Positions 38,026 to 50,240 of a DNA stretch of 64,000 nt are shown piece after piece. Source of the stretch: Eledone cirrhosa (taxonomy: Eukaryota); contig OZ024758.1 in assembly GCA_964016885.1 (NCBI GenBank), positions 19,716,001-19,780,000 on the forward strand, read 5' to 3'. Under the pieces are notes generated by a model. That model searched no databases and was not told the origin of the DNA. It was given only the letters and a program-made list of their open reading frames with translations. Each line of letters begins with the position of its first letter. Position 1 is the first letter of the stretch. The translations under genes and the position numbers were made by a program.

Positions 38026-40467
38026 GTCAGCGCAAAGGTGGCTGATAAGAGGCGTGCTCTGTCACGCTACTTGGCAGCAAAACCACAGAAGAGAAATATG
38101 TTGCATGAGGAACTCAAGGATGTAAAATCACGTGTTAGGCGGAGTTTTTCTCAAATGAAGGATCAGTGGTGGAGTGAGAAGGCTGGTGAGATACAAACTG
38201 CGTCAGATTACAATAAAACAAAGCTGTTGTACAGTTCCCTGCGTGAGGTTTATGGACCGTCTTCTCCTTTGGTGACACCGCTTCGCAGCAAGGATGGCAA
38301 AGAACTTCTTCGTGACTCAAAAGGAATTCTATTAAGGTGGCGAGAACACTTTGCTGATCTTTTGAATCAGCCGTCTGTCGTCAGTGAATATTTCCTCAAT
38401 CTCATTCCAGAAAGTCCTGTGAAAGTAGCTCTCGAAGAACATCCGACGCTTGTGGAGGTTGCAGTAGCTATTTCGAAGCTGAGCAGTGGAAGATCTCCAG
38501 GTATGGATGGCATACATGCTGAGCTCCTACAATATGGTGGTGAGAGACTCCTGCAACATCTTCACTCTTTGTTTGGCAGTATATGGGCTAATGAATCCGT
38601 ACCTGAGGATTGGAGAGATGCAGTAATGGTGGTCTTGTACAAGGGAAAGGGTAACAGGAATAATTGTGGGACCTACAGAGGTATGTCATTGCTTTCTGTC
38701 GTAGGGAAAGTTTTATGTAGGGTGCTTCTGCACCGTCTGCTGACACACATTGCAGATTGTGTTCTTCCTGAAAGTCAATCTGGTTTTCGTCCTGGACGCG
38801 GCACTAATGATATGATCTTCTCAGCTAGACAGCTCCAGGAGAAGTGCATGGAACAAGGCTTGGATCTGTATCAGGTTTTTGTCGATCTGACAAAAGCTTT
38901 CGATACTGTTAACAGAGATGCATTATGGAATGTTCTCCAGAAACTTGGTTGCCCTGATAAGTTCCTTGCTTTAGTTAGGTCTTTCCATGACGACATGAAG
39001 GTTTGGGTTAATGTCGGAGGTAACATGTCGGAGCCTCTCTCAGTAAAAAATGGAGTGAAACAGGTGGATATTCCAGCACCGACCCTGTTTGCCATATACT
39101 TTGCAATGGTGTTCTGTATTGCATTCAGGAATTGCGAGCATGATGTTTACATCCGATATCGAACCTCAGGCAGCATATTCAACATCAGGCGCTTTGCTGC
39201 AAAGACAAAAGTATTTACTTTGGGGTCGGCGAGACATATGCAGGAGGACAAAATTAAAGGTGTACAGGGCATGTGTGCTCTCTTGTCTTCTTTATGCCTG
39301 CAAGCTTGGGTCACATATCGATACCACCTTAAGCATAAGAGACCTCTTGTATGCAGATGATTGCGATCTTGAAGCGCACACAGAGAATGATATGCAGCAC
39401 ATTTTGAATGCATTTTCTGACGCTTGCACTGCCCTAGGATTGACTGTCAGGAAAACCGTCGTCATGTACCAACCTGCCCCTGGTAAGCAGTACACTGAAC
39501 CAAATATCTATGTGTATGGCAAACCACTGGGAGTGGTTGATCAGTTTGTCTATCTGGGAAGCACTATCAATCGATACAGCAACCTTGACAGTGAAATCTC
39601 ACTTAGGATTAGGAAAGCAAGTGATGCCTTCAGAAAGCTAGAAAGGCGACTTTGGGGTCGGCGAGACATATGCAGGAGGACAAAAGTAAAGGTGTACAGG
39701 GCATGTGTGCTCTCTTGTCTTCTTTATGCCTGCAAGCTTGGGTCACATATCGATACCACCTTAAGCAATTGGAGCGTTTCCATCAGATGTGTCTCAGCCT
39801 GATCCATGGCGTTCACTGGAGGGACCACATCAGTGATGTCGAAATTTTGGAAAGTTCTATGTGTGACAGTATAGAAGCTCTTGTGCTTAAGCAACGATCC
39901 GTTGGAGTGGTCACTTGCCAGGATGAAATATTCTAGAATACCAAAACAACTTTTTTATGGAGAGTTGGTTAAAGGAAAACAACCGCCACATAAACCAAAA
40001 AAAGAGGTATAAGGATTCCTTGAAAGCCTCTCTGAAAGACGCTAAGATCTCTGCTGATACATGGGAAAATATTGCTGCTGATCGTAATAAATGGAGAAAG
40101 ACTGTATATGAGGGAAAAATTGCCTTTGAGGCATCTCGAATCGCATACGAGAGAGTAAAGCGGGATGTGAGGATGGCGATTGCTGTTGCACTTGCAGACG
40201 GCGAGGGTTTTTCTATGGTGCTGACATGCAGCGTATGTGAGAGACTCTGCCTAAGCAAAGCTGGACTCGAAAGTCATCTTCGAAGTCATAAAGTAAGACC
40301 AGTGGTTGACTACCAGGTTGCTGTTGGAGAGCAAGCGACATCCACAAGCACACGAAATCCAACCACAGCCGACTCTTCCCAGTGAATGTTTTGGTTGCCG
40401 ACTCTGTGCAAGACATTTTAGATCATTGGCTGGGCTAAAAAGACACATTCGATCGCAGCACTGTTAG
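38002..40467 (+). pseudogene. Frameshifted LINE reverse transcriptase ORF
   Basis: Track ORFs 38002-39360, 39089-39802, 39652-39936 and 39957-40385 are consecutive frames of one RT ORF; the endonuclease domain is absent. Confidence 0.9.
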
Positions 40468-40475
40468 TTGCTATC
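38028..40475 (+). mobile_element. RTE-clade non-LTR retrotransposon (LINE), 5'-truncated, with RT and two C-terminal C2H2 zinc fingers
   Basis: RWREHFADLLN, SPGMDGIHAELL, YKGKGNRNNCGTYRGMSLLSVVGKV, LPESQSGFRPGRGT.DMIF, FVDLTKAFDTV, GVKQ, LLYADD (39350), FVYLGS; CSVC..HLRSH and CRLC..HIRSQH; (TG)n follows. Confidence 0.93.
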
Positions 40476-40578
40476 GTGTGTGTGTGTGTGTATAGATATG
40501 TGTATGTGTGTGCGTGTATGTGTGTATATATGTATATGTATATTATTATTATTGTTGTTGTCGTTATTATTATTGTTG

Positions 40579-40622
<44 letters not shown>

Positions 40623-40666
40623 GTTATTAATGTATATGTGTGTGTGTATATATATGTGTGCGTGTA

Positions 40667-40705
<39 letters not shown>

Positions 40706-41008
40706 TAATTTACTTATTTATTTATAATTCTTTTTTTCTCATCGTGCAATAGCCATACTCGATAACGAGACGGCAGCCATCATGTATGTATATGTATATA
40801 TGAATATATATGTATGTATATATGAATATATATGTATGTATATATGAATATATATGTATGTATATATGAATATATATGTATGTATATATGAATATATATG
40901 TATGTATATGTATATATGAATATGTGTATATATGTATATATGAATATGTGTATATATGTATATATGAATATGTATATATGTATATGTATGTATGTATGTA
41001 TATATATC

Positions 41009-41040
<32 letters not shown>

Positions 41041-41417
41041 CTATATTTACTATATTTAAACAAAGTATCTACAATATATAAATTTTCAGATAAGTTTGAA
41101 TAATAGAGCGTAAAAAACATTACAAATACATTTTAGTATGAAAAGATAGTTCAGTATTTCTCATTTTCCTTCTATATACGGGGAGTGATAAATATAATTA
41201 TGGGAAATATTTACCATAATTTCTTTTTCAAACAATTTTAAATAAAATAACACCTATATTATATATATAGATATTTGATTATTGCTTGGTACTATTCGCT
41301 CTTTAATTATGTGTTGTACTTTTATTTTGAAAACATATAGAAGATATATGTCATATTTCCTCTGGGAGTGAAGCTGATAACAATATGTATGTAACATCAT
41401 TCAGTAAACTTATCTTG

Positions 41418-41676
41418 TTAAAAAAAGATGGCGTAGGACAGAAAAAAGGAGAGGCACAAAGACAAAGAAAAGAATCAACAGTCACTGAGGAGGTCACATA
41501 ATGTGTGACGAAATAACTTTGACAATATATAAACATTCATCTGGTGGTGGAACCAACAAACCAACCGGAAATTTATAAATTCCTAAATTTATAAATTTAT
41601 ATAATAAATTGAAGTGAAAGCAACTGACGCCTGTGTTTCTTATTGGCAACATGACCCTCCCAAAGTATAACAATAT
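41418..41676 (+). mobile_element. PLE family A pLTR fragment retaining its hammerhead
   Basis: aagatggcgtaggacaga...tgaccctcccaaagtataacaatat followed by a TA array. Confidence 0.85.
41481..41523 (+). ncRNA. Minimal type I hammerhead ribozyme (PLE family A)
   Basis: gtca-CTGAGGA(41485-91)-g-gtcacat/aat/gtgtgac-GAAA(41510-13)-taac-TT-tgac; stem III is minimal and imperfect. Confidence 0.7.
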
Positions 41677-42236
41677 ACATATATACATATATATATACAC
41701 ATGTACATATATATATATACACATATACATATATGTATGCATATATATATATACATATACATATGCATATATATATATACATATACATATATATATATAC
41801 GTATACATATATATATTCATATACATATATATATATATTCATATACATATATATATATTCATATACATATATATATATACATATATATATATTCATATAC
41901 ATATATATATTCATATACATATATATATTCATATACATATATATATACATATATACATATACATATATATATATGGCGATACATACATACATACATACAA
42001 CACTGACCTAAGAGAAGTATAAATAAATAAATAGATAGATAAATAAATAAATACATACACAAGCACAATAACAACACACACACGCATATATGCATATATC
42101 TATATGTATATATATATATATACATATATATATATAAATGAAGTAATTCCGTCGGAAAAGTCCAGGAAAAAAGAGAAGCTCTATGTAGGCAACAGAGCTT
42201 AATTATTATTATGTAATAAACAACATAAGGCAATTA

Positions 42237-42296
42237 TTCCATTTACCAGTGGTTTCTTAAAAGCAAAAGGTTTTGCTTTCAATCCTCAGAATGAAA
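42237..42296 (-). ncRNA. Type I hammerhead ribozyme (mirror copy)
   Basis: tcctcag at 42283-42289; reverse complement of 42376-42435. Confidence 0.82.
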
Positions 42297-42375
42297 AAAA
42301 TCCTGGTTTGTTTATTGAATTTGGATTATAAAAAAGGTTTTTATAATCCAAATTCAATAAACAAACCAGGATTCT

Positions 42376-42435
42376 TTTCATTCTGAGGATTGAAAGCAAA
42401 ACCTTTTGCTTTTAAGAAACCACTGGTAAATGGAA
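42376..42435 (+). ncRNA. Type I hammerhead ribozyme
   Basis: tttcatt-CTGAGGA(42383-89)-ttgaaagcaaaa/cc/ttttgcttttaa-GAAA(42416-19)-ccactgg-TA-aatggaa; cleavage triplet GUA, cut after 42428. Confidence 0.82.
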
Positions 42436-43614
42436 TAATTGCCTTATGTTGTTTATTACATAATAATATATATATATATATATATATACAAAAACGAGCG
42501 TGTGTCTACAATGAACAGTGTTGCTATACGGCACGTTATGTTGATAGAACAAAAGGCTTAAATTTGATATATTATTAAACAGTTTCATATTCCCTTAGTA
42601 TTTCGTGACGTTTGTTATATAAACCGATTCTGGTAACGCGGAAAACTTTGCGTAAACCCTCTGACAATCTGACTATAATAATGATTAAGTTCAGTTTTGG
42701 AGGACTATGTTTTGAAAAGAAGATTGACTTGCGAGGAAGCCATGACTGTGCCATATATAAATCGTACCTAAGTCGTACCGTAGCCTCGTGTTTGTACTGG
42801 TTACCCTTCTTAGCAGTTATTTAATTTTTTTTTCCAGCCGTTTCTTTAGTCTCTTGTGGCCTGTACAGAAACGATTACTATTTATTAGTAGGAAAATTAT
42901 TGTTGTAATTAAAATTAACGTTATTATTTTCTTTGAAAGAGGTACTACATTATCGAATTATTAGATACAAGATATAAATTTTAAATTATGAATTATACTA
43001 ATGGTTTTTTAATTCATTCTCTGTCAGTTTCTAAGTGCTGTTTTAAATGAAAAATATTGAGTTATTTATTTGATTTTGCCATCATGTTTTTGTTTAGTCG
43101 GGTTTTAATTGCAATCGATGATATTTTAATTGGCTATGAATAGTTATCAAAATGATGTCCATTAATCATAAATTAGATTTTCGCCTACCTAAATACTGAG
43201 TACAGGCATTAAAACTGAATTCCACTTAATGATATGTCTAATTACCTCCGACTGGTATCTACAGTACAAATGTGATAATCCGAAATAGTAAACATACTGT
43301 CCAAGCTTGAAGTACTATCATGCTCGATGTTAATGACTAACAATTATTTAGGATTAATATTTTGTTGCGAGTTGTGTTCCCGATGTTATCAGCGTGTTTA
43401 GGATACCATGTGAGAATAGACGTTACAACGACTTAATAAAACAGATACACTGCGTGTTTCATTTCCGCGTATATTTGATATCACATCCCAGTATGAAATT
43501 TCAAACTTTGTCTTACAAATCTGTTTCAGGTATGAGATTAGTTATATTTCCCATATCATAACATTTTCAATTAATAATTTATTATCTATGTCATATTTTT
43601 TCCAGCTTTATATA

Positions 43615-43794
43615 TAATTGTTTCTACTTTGGGCACAAGGCCAGCAATTTCCAGTGCATTACTGGTACTTTATTTTATCGACTTCGTAAGGATGAAAGGC
43701 AAAGGTAACCTCTGTGGGATTTGAAGTCAGAACGCAAAGGACCATAACTCTATGCTGTAAAGATGGTGTCTAACGCTCTACTGATGCTGCCAAT
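43615..43794 (-). mobile_element. tRNA-derived SINE
   Basis: Tail, core and B/A boxes on the reverse strand. Confidence 0.88.
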
Positions 43795-44077
43795 TAATTG
43801 TCCTTATATATAATAGAAAATAGTAAGTTAAGTAAACATGAAAGAATAGACAAACTCCCAGTCATAACCTCCATCTCTCTCGCCCTGCCGTCTCTCCGTA
43901 TGGTGAGAAATAACATGTATTCGTATTCAAATGTTGAAGAATTGAAAAAGAATCACTTTCAGGTATTTTTAGATATCTTATGCTTTCACCTGCCACATAA
44001 CAATACCATTATGTCAATGAGACTGTATAGAAACAACAGATTCTGTGATAGTGTGAACATATGTTAATATTAATATT

Positions 44078-44206
44078 GTCCCTTTACGATCTGAGTTCAA
44101 ATCCCGCCGAGGTTGACTTTGCCTTTCATCCTTACGGGGTCGATAAAATAGAGTACCAGTAATGCACTGGGTATTTGCTGGCCTTGTACCTAAAGTAGAA
44201 ACAATT
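44078..44206 (+). mobile_element. 5'-truncated SINE with a 12-bp target-site duplication
   Basis: attaatattgtc at 44069-44080 and 44204-44215; near-consensus core. Confidence 0.9.
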
Positions 44207-44310
44207 AATATTGTCAACAAACATTCAATGATATTCTTTTTTTTTTTATTTTGATTACATTTACTTCATTGGGGAAGCCTTTTCTTCTTATATTTTTATT
44301 TCTTCTTTTT

Positions 44311-44380
44311 TTCTTCTTTGTCTTCTTCTTTGTCTTCTTCTTTGTCTTCTTCTTTGTCTTCTTCTTTGTCTTCTTCTTCT
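44311..44380. repeat. 12-bp minisatellite (ttcttctttgtc), about 5 copies
   Basis: Direct inspection. Confidence 0.9.
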
Positions 44381-45060
44381 CCAGATTTATGTTTCTCATA
44401 TCCTCCACTCCTGGTTAAAATGTAAACACCTTATAATTAAATAAACTAACCCCAATATAAATATAGAAATTGACACAAATTACATAGTTTGTTACTCTAC
44501 TATGTCTCAATCTCATCTGCCGTGGTATATCTTCATTACTGAAAGCATTTTTCATATAACAAGAATATAATCAGCATAACAAATGTAGTAATAGCCACTT
44601 TTTTTTTAAAGCGCCGAACTGATGCCACTTTGTTGAAAAATCTGAACTTTTTATTAAATTCATAGGAAATGTATTAGAAAACAACAATAAAAAAACGAAC
44701 AGTGAATACCCATCTGTTGCTGTCAATAGTAGCCACGTTCTTTCATCGCTTGGACAAAGGGTGAAACAAGTCAAAGTTAGATAATAAGTAAAGTAAATTG
44801 GATGTATATATTTTAATATACAGTCATGAATGGAATCAGTAGCAGAAGCAAGACTGTCTCTATAGCTTGTATTGTTAAATATGATCTGCTATGAAAGTGT
44901 GTTGATATGGAAGTCTAATGATATAAAGGTCAGGCTTGTTGATGTTGAAATCTAAATAGAATACGACTGTCGTATATAAGACATATAGAGAGAAGTGGAT
45001 ATAGAGACATATATATGTATATACATTAACACAGAAACAAACTCATTCATATACACACAA

Positions 45061-45091
<31 letters not shown>

Positions 45092-45145
45092 AATGCATAT
45101 GTATGTGAGTGTATAATATATATATGTATATGTATGTGAGCGTAT

Positions 45146-45177
<32 letters not shown>

Positions 45178-45259
45178 ATACGCTCACATACATATACATG
45201 TATATATATATAAATTTATATATACATTTATATATATATATATATAAATTTATATATAC

Positions 45260-45302
<43 letters not shown>

Positions 45303-46171
45303 AATGGCATTTTCTTTTAGCTTTTGAGATTTCCTGGTTTGTTTGGTCAAACCTTTGCAATCTCTTTGATTGTTATATAGAAAAATAAGTGAGTGCAAAG
45401 CTAGTACTGTTCATTTTAGAAAATGAAAATGATGATGACAACTATCGTGGACCTAATACTACCACTACTGAGGCTAGCGCTACTATTAACGCTGCTATTA
45501 ATACCAAACTACCAAATGATCACTACTACTACTGAAGAAATAAGATATATAAAAGAATGATAGTTAAATAAAAGAAGGATCTCAAGTGATTTTATCTATA
45601 TAAACGTATATATTTTTGTTTTTGTTTTATCTTTTGTCTTCTCTATAGCATCTGAAAATATTTTTCAAGTCATTGAGCTAAGATAAATTGTAAAATTCTT
45701 AGAAGTTTGTTTTGCATAGCGAAACATTTGTATGTATGATCTTTAATAACATGAATCATCGAATTTTAAAGAAAATTGAGACAGAATTTACCTTGGAGGT
45801 TTTTGATGTCTCCGAGAAAAGAATAATAGACATTTTATCATAAACCAACTAACTCTTTTAGCATGCTAAATTCATTATTTATCATTCAATTTATCAAAGG
45901 ATATTCTGTAAAGAAATATCTGTATATTTACATGCCGTTTTCATTTGCATTATTTTGGTATCCATTTGCTATTCGTGTTCTGATAAGCGTTCGACCTATT
46001 CCAGTCTCAGTTCATAGTTGTCTCTTGCTATTGAATTCACAGAACCCACTTTATATAACTGTAATTCGGACCGATGTGGTTTCAAATCTACATTAGAATT
46101 ATGTAATAATAGATTTAAATGAATAATTGCATTCGTAAATACCAAATGACCAATGTTGTCAGCAATAATTT

Positions 46172-46611
46172 AATTGGTTCTACCCGTCAGCACGAGGGCA
46201 TCAATTTGAAGTGGTGGGGAAGGTTGATTACATTGACCTCAGTGAATCACTGGGACTGTATTTTATCGAAACCGTAAGAATGAAAAGGAAAAGTTAACCT
46301 CGCACGATTTGAACTCAGAACGAAAAGGTATATATCCCTATGCCACAAAACATGTCCGACGCTTCAGTGATACTGTCAATCCACTGCTTTAATACTGGTT
46401 CTGATATAGGCACAATGCCAGCAATTTTGGGGGAGGGGTAAGTCGATTAAATCCACCCCAGTGCGTGACTGGTACTTTATTTTATCGACCCCGTAAGGAT
46501 GAAAGGCAAAGTTAACCTCGGCGGGATTTGAACTCGGATCATAAAGTGCTGTAACTCTATGCTACAATGTATGCCATCTGACCCTCTACCGATACGGCCA
46601 TTCCACCGCCC
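46172..46611 (-). mobile_element. Two tandem SINEs (46172-46389, 46391-46611), long-tail subfamily
   Basis: Both carry the extra ggggaggg.aagtcgatta..tc.accccagt segment between tail and core. Confidence 0.88.
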
Positions 46612-47257
46612 TCCCACCACCCTAATAATAGTAATAATAATAGGTTTTATAAACTTAAAATCTCAGTTTGAAAATAAAATATTTTATTAGCACTACTTTC
46701 TTCTTATTTGAAATTCGTCATCGGATATAATCAATCATTTAGGTATTTTCAAATCTTAAAGAATTCCTAAAAAGAAAATATTAAACAAATGTACAATAAT
46801 TTTAAAGAATACATTTTCTTCATATTTAGGCCAAAGAAAAGCAATAATAGTTTGTGTAAATTCCTTTATAAGCTTGTCTCATTTTTCTGTTTTCCTGTTT
46901 AGTTTAACGTCAATATAAAATATGAAACTCGTAATGGACTACACCTTTTCAAAAATAGAATACAATAAAATAACTTTAAACCGGTTCAAATCAGAACAAA
47001 ACATCTAAGTGTTAAGAACATGAAAAAATTCAATTATGCCTATAACAGAAAGTATGACAGCATGGCAAAAATACCTCAAGCGTCAACAATCCAAATAAAG
47101 TACATGAGTAAAATACACGCAATAATTTGACATCGTCATCAGTCCAGAATCTCCGTGCAGCTTTCCGCAACAGACAGTGTATACACTCTTATTGACATAT
47201 TTATTTATTCTCAATTGTATCCTTTACTGTCGTTCCGATGCCATTATTTGCAGTATA

Positions 47258-48045
47258 GGGCGGTGGATTGGCAGTATCGGTAGAGGGTCGGACGCCATGC
47301 TTTCCAGCATAGTTACGTCCCTTTACGATCTGATTTCAAATCCCGCCGAGGTTCACTCTGTTTTTCATGTTTACGGGGTCGATAAAATAAAGTACCAGTA
47401 ATGCATTGGGATAATTGCTGGCCTTACGACAAATGTATAAACAATTATTATTGTTATATATGGATTAGCAGTATCGGAGGAGTGTCGGAAGCTATGCTTT
47501 GCAGCAAAGAGTTACGGCCTTTTATGGTCTGTGTTCAAATCCGGCCGAGGTTAACTTTGCCTTTCATCTCTACGTGGTCGATAAAATAAAGCACCAGTAA
47601 TGCACTGGTATCGATTTAATCGACTTTCCAATCGCCCAAAATGGCTGGCCTTGTCGCTATAGTAGAAATCATTATTATTGTCATTTATAAGTTGGCAGTA
47701 TCGGTACAGAGTCGGAAGCCAAGTTTTGCAGCATAGAGTTACAGCCCTTTATGGTCCGTGTTCAAATCCCGCCGATGAAATAAGGTACCAGTCACGCACT
47801 GGGATCGATTAATCGGCTTTCCCTTCCTCTAAAATTGCCTGCCTTTTGCCTATATAAGAAACCATTATTTTTGTTATTTATGCATTGGTAGTATCGGTAG
47901 AAGGTCGGACGCCATGATTTCCAGCATAAAATTACATCCTTCTACGTTCTGAGTTCAAATCTTGCAGAGGTTATATTTGCCTTTCATCCTTACTGGGTCG
48001 ATAAAATAAAGTACCAGTAATGCAATGAGATAAATGTTGGCCTTC
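47258..48045 (+). mobile_element. Four tandem SINEs (47258-47449, 47461-47678, 47691-47868, 47881-48045)
   Basis: Repeated A box/B box/core/tail units separated by attattattg linkers; both tail subfamilies are present. Confidence 0.88.
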
Positions 48046-50099
48046 GTCTTTTTTTTCTTTTTCTTTGTATTATTCAATGAATTAAACAAGACAAAATAAA
48101 GCATTTAAACATTGTCTTTGATTAGATTTTATCTGGCGGCTATTCGTTCTGAGTGCGATTTTAATGAACTTAAGTTTCTCTACACTCATTTTCTATACGA
48201 AGCAGATACATATCTCCCTTAATCAGCTAATGTACGGTAGTACATACTTAGATATCAAGCTCTGTCGAAATTATTCTATTGAAACATATATTTGCTAATA
48301 TAACTATTCTATTTGGTAATATAACTAATACAACTATTATATTTTCAGTCAAATGCAAACATTGCTGCATGTAATTACGTTACGACAATGTTAAATGTAT
48401 ACACTACAGAAATAGATAAAAAGAAAAGTAAAAAAAAATATTCCCCCCACGAAATTCCTGGAAACGTGTAGTACAGATGTACATACAGATTTAAATCAAC
48501 GCTAACACAGATATATTATTGCCTAATGAATCTTCCACACTTAGTATTTGTACTGTGTATGAAGCTATTCTAAAAAGGAAACATATCTAAATCCATCGAT
48601 CGAAATACAATGATTGATTTTTTTTTACATTACTGAGAGAGAAACAAACGAATGTTATTCACGTTGAAAAGAATTCTATAATTCCACGATATTTCACGGT
48701 ATTCATGGTATTTATATTAACTTTGTTAAAAGTAAAATTGATTTCATGATGATAAATACTAGATGTCATAAGTAAATATAGAAGTGCATTGCTTTATTAT
48801 CAAGGGATACATTGGTTGTGAGCAGTAAATCATTAAGAGTTTAAGCTTCTTACATGTAAGTCATTACAATTGAAATCGTGTATGAATATTACTGTGAAAT
48901 ACATTTCCAAAGAAATATCTTTCAAATATTTATTAATACAATATATATTAGACGTTGTAGTAGTAGATGGATAAGTAAACGGGAATGTTTTAAAATCAAA
49001 AGTTACTGGTGTAGATAACTCTATTTAATATCATATATTACATACACATGTTTATAATAGATTGAAATATATGAATATGATTCTGGAGAAGTGGAATATG
49101 TGAGCAAACCTCATTACCATATGTAATAAGCTTCGAATGAATTTGAGACCTGTGTTAAGCTGAATGAACATAAATATTCTATGACGGAGGTGATACATTA
49201 TTGTATTACATTTCATTGATCAACACAAGATATCATTCATCTAGCGAACACTATACTGACAGGAAATATGCTAACTGATACAGGGTGAACTTCATTATGT
49301 GTCAAAAACTTTATAATTACACTTTTAAATAAATAGTGATGGCATACACAATATCGTTTTCCGAATGGGTGTAATTTATAAGTAAATGCTCTTACAGGTT
49401 TAGCTCTGTTATATTCTTAAAACATTTCAGACAATCATTATCAGGATTATTATCGTTGTAATTTTCATTACATAAACTCCCTTCTCTTCGTTCACAACCT
49501 CGATGTTATTTATTCACAAATATATAATATTTCTACTTTTTTATATTATTTACAATAATTTTTTAATACATTTTTATATTATTTACAATAATTTTCACAT
49601 CCTTTTAATAAGTTTCCCTTTTTTATATAATTTCACATTACCTTATATATTTCACTATCGACTGTTATTTAGATCGAGAGCTCTTTTTAAATTACTCTAT
49701 GCCAGTATGTATAATAAGTAATAACCAATGTTTCCATAAGTGACTTTCTTTATAGATTCGTTTTCATATGTGAAACTTACTTTAATATGCAGATACATCT
49801 CTGAAGATACGTGTTGCCATATTCCATATGATATGGTCTGTAAAATATCATAATGTATGATCATGATCTTCGGACTTGGTTCTCTGAATATTCTATTTTA
49901 ACTGTATCTCTTAGAACATGAACTATATATATATATATATATATATTATATTAAAATTATTAAAATACAAATATTAATAAAATAGATGTTATTTTTTATA
50001 GATTACATGTTATTATACATATTTCATATGTACAACAGTACGTCCACATCAGACAAAATATAATGGTACATGACATACCCTGAGATGTTAAATGGTTAA

Positions 50100-50132
50100 G
50101 ATTTAATCAAGGTAGTCTACCTTGATTAAATC
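50100..50132. repeat. Perfect palindrome, 16-bp arms with a 1-nt spacer
   Basis: gatttaatcaaggtag-t-ctaccttgattaaatc. Confidence 0.9.
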
Positions 50133-50200
50133 AAACAGACAAACCCAGTCGAGGTAAATATATATAAAAAACATGAGAAGAAAGAAGAATACTGCGTGGT

Positions 50201-50240
<40 letters not shown>

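Larger units (their letters stand above)
42204..42468. repeat. Near-perfect 265-bp palindrome (131-bp arms, centre 42336) formed from a pLTR-type sequence
   Basis: Arms read as reverse complements with about one mismatch; (TA)n follows. Confidence 0.93.

Noticed and set aside
44214-44408. Lysine-rich 64-aa ORF (KKKT repeats)
   Set aside because: Translation of a 12-bp minisatellite.
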